Shown here: one piece after another, positions 53,561 to 64,000 of the stretch
How the letters are laid out: each line of letters begins with the position of its first letter
Numbering within the stretch: the first letter of the stretch is position 1
Notes under the pieces: model-generated
Database searches by the model: none
What the model was told of the DNA's origin: nothing
The model's input: only the letters and a program-made list of their open reading frames with translations
Program-made: the position numbers and the translations under genes
Source: the human T2T-CHM13v2.0 reference genome, Homo sapiens
Assembly: GCF_009914755.1 (NCBI RefSeq)
Contig: NC_060930.1
DNA length: 64,000 nucleotides
Reading direction: 5' to 3' (one strand)

Positions 53561-54799
53561 AGATTTCTCAGTGTATTTCATCATATTTGTTCCTATTTAC
53601 CTTGAGATCATAGCCTCTTATTATAGCCCCTAACACATTGCATTGCAATTCCTGCAATGCCTGGTTTACATGCCTGCTACACCCTTACTCTCCCCTCTCT
53701 GTGTTTTGTGCCCAATACGTTATAGTAGCTTCATTTATAAAAATAGCTTTTTTTTTTGCTTCCAACAACTTTCTTGCTTTCTCAATTATGCTTATATTCT
53801 AGTTTCAAACTAGAGTAAGAAGTACAGTTGCATTGCATTCTCAGTAACTGCTCCTTTTCGTTGACTGTTTTATTTGACTCTAAAAATCTACCTGATGTCA
53901 TTGTCTTCTATAAAGTTATAGTATTAAAGAACCAACCACATTGCAACCGACTTAAAGAATGTGTTGTAGTTAAATTTCTTATGTATTTCAGAATCACATT
54001 TATGCCACATGCTGTATTTTAAGCAAAGATAATTATTTCTATGTTTACGTGTTCCACATTAAATATAAATCAGGTTAGAATATGAAATTTCACAGTCTCT
54101 GGCTTTTGACTAATTTCAATATTGGTACATTTTGAGTTCTTGCAATATCTTATTTGAAATAACAAACAAGGAAAAGTTTCATTATAAGCATAGCTCCTAT
54201 ATTTCTTTTCTTCACCTTTCTGTGACACTTTTGGAAATTCTGGGCTTGACCAGGTCTTGTCTTGATTTACCTGTTTCTCTGTATTCCTTTCAAATATCTC
54301 TTCTTCTTTTTATTTTTTCAGTTTTAAAAATTTGTACTACAAAAGGTAGGACTTTTTTTTTCTCCTGAGCCCTCCCATGTCTTGGGTTCAAGATCTTTAA
54401 TGAAGACACCAGAAGAATCACATGTCTAGTTATCTAGTTTACTGCAGTAGCCTAGGCTGACTGGGCATCTCTGTGGAAGAATTAGGCAAATGGCTAAAGG
54501 GTGTGACTGGCACAAATGTGACTCCATCTTTTCCACAGAGTCCCCATTCTCATATAAATGGATGAGGTGGTTCGATTCAAGTTATGTATTAAATGTAAAA
54601 CTCAAGAGTAAATTCTGGTGACAATGTTATACCTAGACAACATGAAGCCTAGGAATCTAGACATGAATATGCCAGAAAGGCAGCAAAGAAAAAGGTGAGA
54701 ATTTTGTTAGTAAGAAGTTTTAGATGTCTAAGATCTGCTCCAGCTTAAGAATTTGAGAAGATATAGACTTTTTTCAATTTAAGCAGATCCACTAAGACC

Positions 54800-55030
54800 A
54801 TTTGGTATAAAACAAAGGAAATGAGACCTGGAATAAATCAAACTGCGTGAGTTTGAGTCCTGGCTCTGCCTCTACAGAGTGACTTTGGGAAGGTTATCTA
54901 GTCTCACTGGACATGTTTTATTCATAGTGAAATCTAAATAATAGTAATTACACTTACCTTTCCTGTTTAGCACAAGGATCAAATGAGGTACTAGGTATTA
55001 AATACTATGTAAAATCCACCACAGTTTACA
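54800..55030 (+). mobile_element. MIR
   Basis: GAGTTTGAGTCCTGGCTCTGCC...GTGACTTTGGGAAGGTTA...AGGATCAAATGAG. Confidence 0.75.
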
Positions 55031-55259
55031 AATATCGTTTATTGCTAAGTTAAGGGAGATATGGAGGAATTGAGGAAGATATGGTTCAGAGTTCATTAAA
55101 TGAAGTATAAATATTTGGATTAATTTCAGAGCAGGGAAATCAATATAATTTATTCCAGTTGGTTCGTACTTTGCATTTCCTAAGCACAGCATATGATAGT
55201 TTATCAACTAAAAGCATAATAATATGTGTCTGTCTTCTGTGTATTAATACCAAAGGTAA

Positions 55260-55730
55260 TATTTAGGTTTAATTTTGACTGTTAGTTGTAGGAAAATGCG
55301 AAAGAAGAGTAACATAGAAAAGATAAAAGAGTGGTAAAGAAAAAATAAAGGTTTATTTCATTCTCACATAAATGTGGGTAGCTCCTGATCATTAGGAACT
55401 AATTTCCTTCTAACTGATTTTTTTTTCTGCCATACTAAATTTTCAATGTCTACCTCAAGATTCAAGATGGCTGCTCCTGCTCCAGCCATCGTGTAAACAT
55501 TCCAGCTGACAACAAGGAGGAAAATAGAAAAAGAATATTATCCAAAGTTTTACACACTATTCTTGCTTACCTTTCATTGGCAGGAACTTAATCATATGAC
55601 CTCAGCTAAAACCAAAGTTGGGAAATCCATTCTTTATTCTGGTGCCCCATGTGCCAACATCATATTTGTTACAGTTCTGTTATGAGAACAAGGAAAGAAC
55701 AAATATTGAGGGAAGCCAGTCATCTCCACA
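55260..55730 (-). mobile_element. MaLR LTR, MLT1K/L-like
   Basis: AGGTTTATTTCATTCTCACATAA...CAAGATGGCTGCTCCTGCTCCAGCCATC...CATTGGCAGGAACTTAATCATATGACC...ATCTCCACA. Confidence 0.75.
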
Positions 55731-58189
55731 ACAACAGTGATTGGTGAACTCCCCTCACTTAATTACCAGTAAGCAAGAGCATGTATATTGAAACAAAATT
55801 CCCATTGATATTATTTATAACAGAGTTATTTTCTTTTCACACAACAAATATTTATTGGATAAAACCTACATGTCAGATATTCCACTGGACCTAAAAGAAG
55901 GAAACAATTTTCTTCTTAGAAGCTATATTCTGCGAGATAAGAATAAAAATGAGAATTTTCAACAGATAATGTGATGATACAAGACAAAGTGATTTTGAAT
56001 TCATGGGAGAAAAAAGTAAGTGTTGTATTATTATGAGATGCAATCCTTATTTGCCGTAGTCATGCATTAAATTGCATCCTAGAACCCTGGAAGAATGCAT
56101 CTTCCTCTCAAAGTGCTTCATTTATTACAAGGGAATATTTCATGCATTGAGAGGCTGTAATTGAGAACTGAATGTGAATCATAATCTGATTTCTCTTTGA
56201 AATATACACTTAGTATATTCAAGCTGAATTGAATAAGATAGATAAGTAGGGCTTAGACAAAGACAGATATTATTTATATAATATTAACTTGATTTTAAAG
56301 TATTCAGTTATTTATATGGTATTTGGTTCATTTGAATCAAGTAGATTATGTATCAAGGGTTCTCTTCCCTGTGGAATTCTGGCATTAATGCATGTGGTCA
56401 TAGAGGGAGGACAATTTGTTAGACGTAATTGAATTCTCTTTCTTCTCTCTTTCTTGCTCCAATACTAACTTTGACTACTGCCACGCTTCACCTCTGAAGG
56501 CAAAAATGTGTGGAAAAGAAGATAAGTAGGCAAGGCTGGAGGTGGGGTGAGAAGAATAATTTTCATCCACTTTAAATGAAGGGAATAAAATTATAGCTCT
56601 CCAGAGAAGACCCAAAAACACATTTCCCTTCCTTCTCCACCCTTCCCCACCCTGTCTTCCTCAACCTTGGCCCAGATCTCTCCTTCTTCCTCTACACAAC
56701 TTTTATGTTTGTGGGTAAAAATGAAGGGAGTTTCTCAGCTCATCCACATTACTTTAAACTGTATAATTTAAACTCACGACATAAGAATAAAACACTATAC
56801 TTAAAATATTTGGTAAGATCTATTTTTGACTTAATAGTCTTTCGGATTTTGCTTCTCTTTTCTTGTTGGCACTTTTTTCCTCTTCTGGTTTCAAATGAAA
56901 ATTTAAATATGATAAGACGAAATGGTATAATGCATGACATTTCATACTGAAGCCAAAGGAGCTTAATAATAAATCCTTGGCTCAACCCAGAAAGACAGAT
57001 TCAGCTGTCACCATTTCTAAACAAAGTTAGAGGTTATTGTGTAATATACTGCTAATTTTTCATGCTGTGAAAATTAAGTAAAATGGTGTTTGACTTACTT
57101 CCTGTTTTCAATCAACTTTATGGTAGTCCCTTTTAGGACTCAGATTTAGAAATGAGGTATAGTAATAAAATTTAGCTACATTCTGGGCTGACAAAAGGAA
57201 TTGGTAATTTTAGAATGTTTTAAACATATAAAACATAACAGCAATGTAAATTCAAAATTGGAAGTGTTCTTATTATCTTCTTGGCCTTGCTTATTCCAGT
57301 AATCCATTCTAAACACAGGTGTATGCCATAATTTCCGGTAGATGTTTTTATACTTACATAACTTTAAAAATGTTCCTGTGAAATGTTTATAACTTGCCTG
57401 ATGTAGGATTTTCTTACATTGGATACTCAGTATTTTGACCCTGAATTTCTCAATGACAAAAGCTGTAAGGAAACCATGGTAAAGAAAAAGACCTCCTAGA
57501 GTTTTTCTGGACTGAGCTATTTTTTTCCAATAGATAAATATCTTCCAAAAATGTATTTATAGTCATTACTTATAAAAGTAATATTACTAGAAATAGTTGG
57601 TTTTGCCATCTGTAATTTCGGCCCAATATAGACTAAAGTACCCTGACCATAGTTATTTTTCCCACATGCTGAGAAACTGAGAAACTAACCTGGTAGGGTT
57701 CCAAACTTTCAAAGGTAATTGTCTATTAAAACAATAACAGGTAGCTTGAGACGTATCTTCAATCTTGCTTCAGAATAAGGGATTTGCTACAATGTGATTT
57801 CAGTATTTCTTAACCAGTGGACTGAAATTTTTATTTGCTTCTCGCAATAGCATGAATTGCTTCCATAGAGCTACTTTGTCTATTCTTATGTTACAAGGAG
57901 TGTGTCACAAGAAGTCAAACAGGGAAGGAGATGAAACCATAAAATGGGATGGTGCATTCAAAGAAGAACCAAGAGAAAACCCCAAACAGAAAAACAGCAA
58001 AACCAGTATTTCTGTATCGTTGCAGAGGACTGGAATATGTGGTTTCAGAGTTGGAAGGGAGTCTGTGGTATAGGTCATCTGTTTTTCCGATGGTAATGAG
58101 CTGGTAAAAATACACGGTCACTTAGCTAACAGAGGCTTCAATGCTTCTTAGCAATTCCACATTATCTAGCTCTTTAATTCTTGGCAAAG

Positions 58190-58600
58190 AGAATTTCCAG
58201 TCTGCTCACAGGTACTCAAACCTCTGATCTCCCTAGGACATCTTTAACTTTTGCATCTGACCCAACTGTTATTCCAAAAAGAATGTAGTAGCCATAACAG
58301 ACTGAGATTATCTCACCTTCCTACCATAAAATATGCTAATTTATTTACATCAACACCCAGTTTTTCTTCCTTTCTACCTGTTTCAAATCAAGAGGGGACC
58401 CTTCTTTTTATTAAATTTCAGTCCTTCTCATGTGCTTTAGATTTCATTTCCATACGACATCTCCAAAACTTGATGCAATCAATTGTCTCTCACTCCTGAT
58501 TCATCAATTTCTCCATGTGATTCTTCTTTTAGTATTTAGACATGTTTTAATATTTCCCATTGTAAAAAACTCATACCTACATCCTCTTTTGCAGCTTTAA
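58190..58600 (+). mobile_element. L2 fragment
   Basis: Pyrimidine-rich L2-like motifs (CTCATGTGCTTTAGATTTCATTTCC, CATCAATTTCTCC). Confidence 0.5.
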
Positions 58601-58839
58601 TTTTAAGATACTGATAACTACTGCTCATAATTATTGAGAACTTAGTATATGCCAGACATATTCTATGACCTTTCTTTTATCAACTTCTTTAGAGAAAGGT
58701 GAGGGGAGCTCACTAGGAGCATGCCTACCTGTGGAGCTTCCATTTCACTTCTGCCAATGGAAGTGGAGCCAGCAGAGGGCTGACTCCCCACAGGAATCTC
58801 ACTCTTTCCCTGATAATCTGGGAAAGAGTGAGCGATGGC

Positions 58840-59125
58840 ACCAACTAGGATCATGAAAATGGAGAAGTGAGTGGAGTTTCTATATCATTATTAGATGCAA
58901 TCAAATAGGAATTGGTGATTGACTGGATGTGAGGGAAATACAAGGATGATGTCCAAGTTCCTGGTGGGAATGATAATGTTCTTTCACTGATAGCAAACAC
59001 AGAAGGAAGAACTTCCTTAAGGAGAAAGGCAGAGTTCATTTTTGGAGATAGTAGGCTTGAAATATCTGAGGTTGGATAGCTCAGAGATAGGCAAATAGGG
59101 ATTTGAAATATAAGCACAGATGGAA
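58840..59125 (-). mobile_element. L2 fragment
   Basis: GGTGATTGACTGGATGTGAGGG...AGGATGATGTCCAAGTTCCTGG...GAGTTCATTTTTGGAGATAG...TTGAAATATCTG. Confidence 0.7.
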
Positions 59126-59589
59126 TCAACCAATCTCAGGGTTGATTGGTACTTTTTTATAGAAGTCCTTTGAAATCTCCATGAATTGTCACACCTAGAA
59201 TTCCGTAACAGGTCCAGTGGTGTCATTTAGTGTAATTCAGTTGTAGTGGTTGTTTAAAAAAGGAGGCATTTTTCTCTTAGGTATGTAGAGAGGTCTGAGG
59301 ACAGGATTAAATGATAGCCTGCCTTCTTCCTGCACCCCACCATGGCAGCATTACTTTGTTTTTGCTTAAAAAAATACATTTTATTGTTCAAAAGTTCATC
59401 CTAAATATTAATTATCTGATATCATTTTCATAGCAGGTTCTATAAAGAAGTATATTAGTTCTAATATCATTATAGATTACACACATGAATGCATAGCAGA
59501 ATGTTCCATGTGTGTTATTCTTTTGAGAACTTTAGGAACTGCCTAAGTCTAGATAAATTACTGTAACGGGTTGAGAATATGTATGAATT

Positions 59590-60005
59590 GTTATTGTTGT
59601 TAATACTTTTGAGATTTGCCAAGAACTAAACACTTTACACTTATTATAAGCAATTTTTATAGTAATCCTACATTGTAGGTATTTTTCATTCCCATCTTAC
59701 AAATGAAAGATTGAGGGTGTGAAAAGTTTGATAATTTGCACAAGGTCACACATTTGGTAGCTTTAGTTACCAGCAGTCAGTCCATGACTGTCTGAATTGC
59801 TTATTCTAAATCCTGGATGCACATTAGAATCACCTGAGGCACCTTAGCAATTCTATGCTTGGGCTTCGCCCTAGACAGATTACATCAGAATCTCAGGGAA
59901 TAGCACTAATAGATCCATAGTTGTTAGAGCACCCCAGGTGATACCAATGTGCAGCCAACGTTGGGAAATACTAGCTTGACTCAAAAACCTATGATCTTTT
60001 TATAC
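59590..60005 (-). mobile_element. MIR interrupted by MER5A
   Basis: CCCATCTTACAAATGAAAGATTGAGG...TTGCACAAGGTCACACA; resumes TGACTCAAAAACCTATGATCTT after the MER5A. Confidence 0.7.
59797..59974. mobile_element. MER5A MITE
   Basis: CCTGGATGCACATTAGAATCACCTGAGG...CATCAGAATCTC...CCCCAGGTGATACCAATGTGCAGCCAACGTTGGGAAATACT. Confidence 0.85.
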
Positions 60006-60422
60006 CAGGATGCCCCTAAATCAAAAATTGTTTTCATTCCACATTGAAATAGTTCTGTTATACCAACAAGACCATTGATCAAACATGATAAACAGAATAA
60101 ATAAATGTCTTCTTGATAGGAAAGCATTATCCTCTTCTGCCTTCAAAGTTATACAAGAAATATTTTCAAGGCCTAGGAATCTCAGCATCAGGGCTGCAAG
60201 ATTTTGTTTGCTTTGCTTGTTGCAAGTTGAAAGCAATTTTATATTTGCATTATTATTATCCTTGGTTTTGAGTGCCTATATATGGTGCTTGCAAGCTGGG
60301 AAAGGATATCTAAACACACCTGAGGGCACAAACCTACTGAAAAAGGATTTCCTCTACAGATAAAGAACATAGTGTAAATCAGTTTCTATCTTACAGTTTA
60401 CAACATGGTTTTTACCCTTTGC

Positions 60423-60585
60423 TTATTTATTTAAATTGACAGATAAAATTGTATGTATTTATCATGTACAACATGATGTTTTGAAATACATATACATTGT
60501 AGAATGGTTACATCTAGCCAATTAACATAGGCATTACCTCACATAGTTATCATTTCTGTGGTGAGAACATTTAACACTTTACTCT
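60423..60585 (-). mobile_element. L1MA5-8-like 3' end fragment
   Basis: TTGACAGATAAAATTGTATGTATTTATCATGTACAACATGATGTTTTGAAATA...CATTACCTCACATAGTTATCATTT...GTGGTGAGAACA. Confidence 0.85.
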
Positions 60586-61243
60586 GGTCTCTCCAGACAT
60601 CTAAGAGAAAATGCTTCCTTTTTATGAACAACCACTGTCTTAGCATTTTGAAGTTTCTAAATTATTAGTAAAGCTTTCGTTGAATTCTTGGCCTTATTTA
60701 ACAAGTGACTTAATTATATTTCATTTTGAATAAAATTGTTATTTTTTTAAGCCTGGAGATAACAGTATATAATGAAGCATCTGCTGTGTATGATGTACAA
60801 GTGTTTGAATTCCCACAGCTCACATTTCAAAAAATCAGATTTTCCTGTTATGTGTGACAAACTTTCCAAGATCTTCAAATTATGAACATGTTTTCCACTA
60901 GATGACATCTGTGGAACAGATTTTTTTCTCTGCTGACATATATCTAACACTTTCTTTCTTTTTAATAGTGATGCTTTATATGAATATGAAATTATAAAAA
61001 TTTAGCAAATGATAGTTATTGTTTGAGATACTCACATTTAGAAATTGCTTTTATTGCTCCCTCATTCATCAGTCATTTTGTATCTCACATAACTTTATAT
61101 TGACAGTTTCTTCTGTTCAGAGTTAGTCTTGTAACAGATATTTTAATTATGTAGAAAATAACCTGCTTCAAAATTTTCACAAATTGAAGGTTGTGTAAAG
61201 GGTTGAAGAGATGATGTTTCCTCATCATAACCTTGTGCCATAC

Positions 61244-61444
61244 CTTGTAAGCAAGTACTGTAACTTGTATTTAATGATGAACCAAGAGTTTTCAAGAAAG
61301 AACTAAAATCCATCATATCTTTTCTACTGATATTTTCCATAACATCCAAGGGAAAGAAAGCATGGGCCAAGTACTTGGGTCTATGAGAGAGGTTTTTCAG
61401 CTGTTTACAAATGACACTGCTGTCAATGTAGCATGTCATAGCAG
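61244..61444 (-). other. Candidate 201-nt spliced exon (unconfirmed)
   Basis: Branch point/polypyrimidine/acceptor CCTAACCTCCCTTTTTCCACAG; donor AAG|GTATGG; one frame open throughout. Confidence 0.35.
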
Positions 61445-61869
61445 CTGTGGAAAAAGGGAGGTTAGGTGAAGTGATAATAACAAAAGGCTTCTGATTCTAT
61501 TTTTATTGCCACCAAATTTTTCATTTAATTTTATGAAATGAACCTTGTCTTCACAATGCCTATTGGTTTTAGTGACTCATTTCATTAGTTGAGGTGCTTT
61601 ATCCAGGTAACCTCAATTTGCACGTGTTGATGGAGTTTATATAACCAAAAATATATTTGGAAATGGTTTTGGAAATGGTGCATTTCTCTGTTTTAGTTGG
61701 TGGTGATTTGAACAATAAAGGCTCATGATTTAATATAATTTTTGTTTATTTATTATAACATCTATTTATTTGTCACACACATACTTTTTATTTGAAAAAG
61801 AATAACAGTACTGTTAAAGAATATGGATAGTCATTAGAAAATTAATATTAGAAAATGAGAACCCTTTAA

Positions 61870-62050
61870 AGCACAAGGCAACATGTTATAGTGGAAAGAG
61901 CACATGTGCTTCTTTATTTGCTGAGTGTATAACTTCAGACAAGTTATTTAAACTCTCTGAGCTTCATTTTCTCCTTTGTAAAATATTTCCTCTACAGCAT
62001 TGCTTCAAAATTAACGTTTAAGCAGAGTAGGTGCTTATAAGTTAGTTTTC
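61870..62050 (+). mobile_element. MIR fragment
   Basis: GTGGAAAGAGCAC...ACAAGTTATTTAAACTCTCTGAGCTTCATTTTCTCCTTTGTAAA. Confidence 0.75.
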
Positions 62051-62989
62051 TCATCATGTTTTAAGATGCAGTCAAACATCTTCAAATGTGCTTATTTTGC
62101 CAAATAAAAACTATCATTTATCAAGCACTTACTATGTGTAAAGTTATGTATTACCTTTGTGCAAATCCCTGTTTTAGCCATTATCTTATTTCATCTTCAT
62201 AATAATTTATTTTTAGTCTGCAAGAACTGTGGTCTTCTGAATAATGTAAATATGCAGTTATTAGTGCAGCTTTTAAAGAACTGCCTTTGAAATCACTGTG
62301 GTCGTCACCAAAATTTCTTTCCATAGCATAATTAATGAGTAAGCAGTTACCGGTGTGTCCAGAATTATATTGTAAATGCCTTGTACATATTTTATTCCAT
62401 GTGAATAGCAAGATATATGTATTCTTAATTTATTTATTATAGGCAAATCAGGATGTGAATTGATGAAATTATCTAAACAAATAATAATTGCTTTATATGT
62501 AGGAATTAGTTTAGTTTGTCTTATATTGTTGAAATGTTACTATAATTGCAAATAATTATTGATTTCTTCATAAATACTGTAATTACAGTGTGCAAATATT
62601 GATACTCTTTAAGGGTTTCTAAATAGTATACTGAAGTGCTTCGCTTCAGTATTCTGTTTTTCATTTTTTCTAGCAATAGCACAATTCTCTATATTTTATA
62701 TCCCATTAATTTTTTTATATAATCTTTCTGTCATAACAAACATGTTCTCTTTTGCTTTTTGAAAAACTTACAAGATGTGTATCTAATACTGCTTATTTTT
62801 AAGATGCTAACACCTTTAGCTCATTTATTTGAGTGTTGGAAATAAAGTAAATATAGTATTATGTATATTTTTCTGAAATTATTGAAACCTTGCCAAGCAA
62901 AAAGCAGTAAATAGTTATATTTCATACTCTAAGAAACTCATCACTGTAATAATAAAATAATATTTTTTCAAAGTGAAATTAAAGAGTAA

Positions 62990-63830
62990 TGTTTGAAAAA
63001 TTTAATAAGACAGACTGATGGAAAATAGGAAACATAGACAAGTAACATTAGAAAAGGAAAAATGTATTTCTTAAAAGGTATGAGAGAACATTACACACAA
63101 TCATATATTGACACATTGAGATATATAAGTGAAGTGGATAATTTCCTAAGAAAACACAAATTTTCAAAATTAATTTAAAAAGTGAATAGCCTGATGAGGG
63201 CTTTAATTAGAGAATTCTTGTTATTGTAGAATTTTAGATCTAGGAAAGCCTTTCACAACTGTATAATAAAACTCCCATAATTTGTAAGTGAAAATATTGA
63301 GGTCCAAAGTTTTTGTGGCCTGCTGAAAACATCCTATTAATTAGCTTTGGAAATTAGGAGGTCATGGGTGATCCCTGTGGGATAAAAGCTTAGGGGAGAT
63401 GCTAGACGGCAAGAAGAAAAGAGGAGAGCAGGTAATATAGAAGTTGAAGTGTGGCTTAATCTTTCAAGAAGTTTGACCACAATTGGAGAAAAGAGAGAGA
63501 ATAAACCAATGAGAACCAGTGAAAACAAACCAGAATACTGGACGGTTGGTTGGTTGGTTGGTTGAACATAGAAACTTAAACAGATTCGTAGGCTAAGAGA
63601 GTGAATACATAAGATAACTAAAGGAAGAGAATGTAGAGATACTAAATATGGAATCAAGCGTAGTTACTATTTTTTGATATTAGATGTGAGAATAGTGGTT
63701 ATCTTTGGGAAGCTTTGGGACTGGCAGGATGGAGATGTTCTAAATTTTTATCTTGATTACAGTTACATAGGTGTATGTATTTATACAAATGAATCAAGTT
63801 TTATTATAATATTTATTGTGGATTAAAAAG
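62990..63830 (+). mobile_element. Old L1ME fragments (62990-63210, ~63640-63830) around an L2 piece (~63340-63500)
   Basis: GAAGTGGATAATTTCCTAAGAAAACACAA resembles ORF2 (MDKFLE region); GAATAGTGGTTATCTTTGGG...GATGTTCTAAATTTTTATCT resembles an L1ME 3' end. Confidence 0.55.
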
Positions 63831-64000
63831 CATATTTATTTGTAAAAATTTATCACTCTCTCTGCATGGGTGAGTGGGCTTTTGAAAGGTAGCCTTCACA
63901 GTACGTACATCAAAGATGAACCAGTATATGAGAGTTTTTTCCCTTTGGGGGAGAATATTAATCTCTGACATTCTGAAAGTAGAGGTGAAGGAGAAAGGAG

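Noticed and set aside
62636-62650. GTGCTTCGCTTCAG resembling the U6 snRNA 5' end
   Set aside because: Similarity ends after about 13 nt and is explained by the local hairpin.

Overview
AT-rich, repeat-dense primate (most likely human/great-ape) non-coding DNA, either a large intron or intergenic. I recognise no host protein-coding gene, RNA gene or CpG island, and no CRISPR or other prokaryote-type system. The only recognisable proteins are dead transposon proteins: a frameshifted, 5'-truncated L1 ORF2 (1375-4192, minus) and a disrupted Tigger2 transposase (47667-50174). The window holds four Alus with TSDs, five primate L1 insertions (two 5'-inverted by twin priming), MER65/MER34/MER67/LTR33/MLT1-type LTRs, several DNA transposons (MER44, MER47, MER2B, MER5, Tigger2) and many MIR/L2 relics. 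Repeat family names come from my memory of consensus sequences, not from a RepeatMasker run. I found no convincing novel biological system. The best leads are a textbook-splice-site, frame-preserving 201-nt minus-strand candidate exon (61244-61444), other candidate exons that may belong to a spliced antisense/lncRNA, an AP-1 motif cluster (10.1-12.0 kb), a short young L1 with a strong A/T-to-G/C substitution bias, and two nested transposon clusters.
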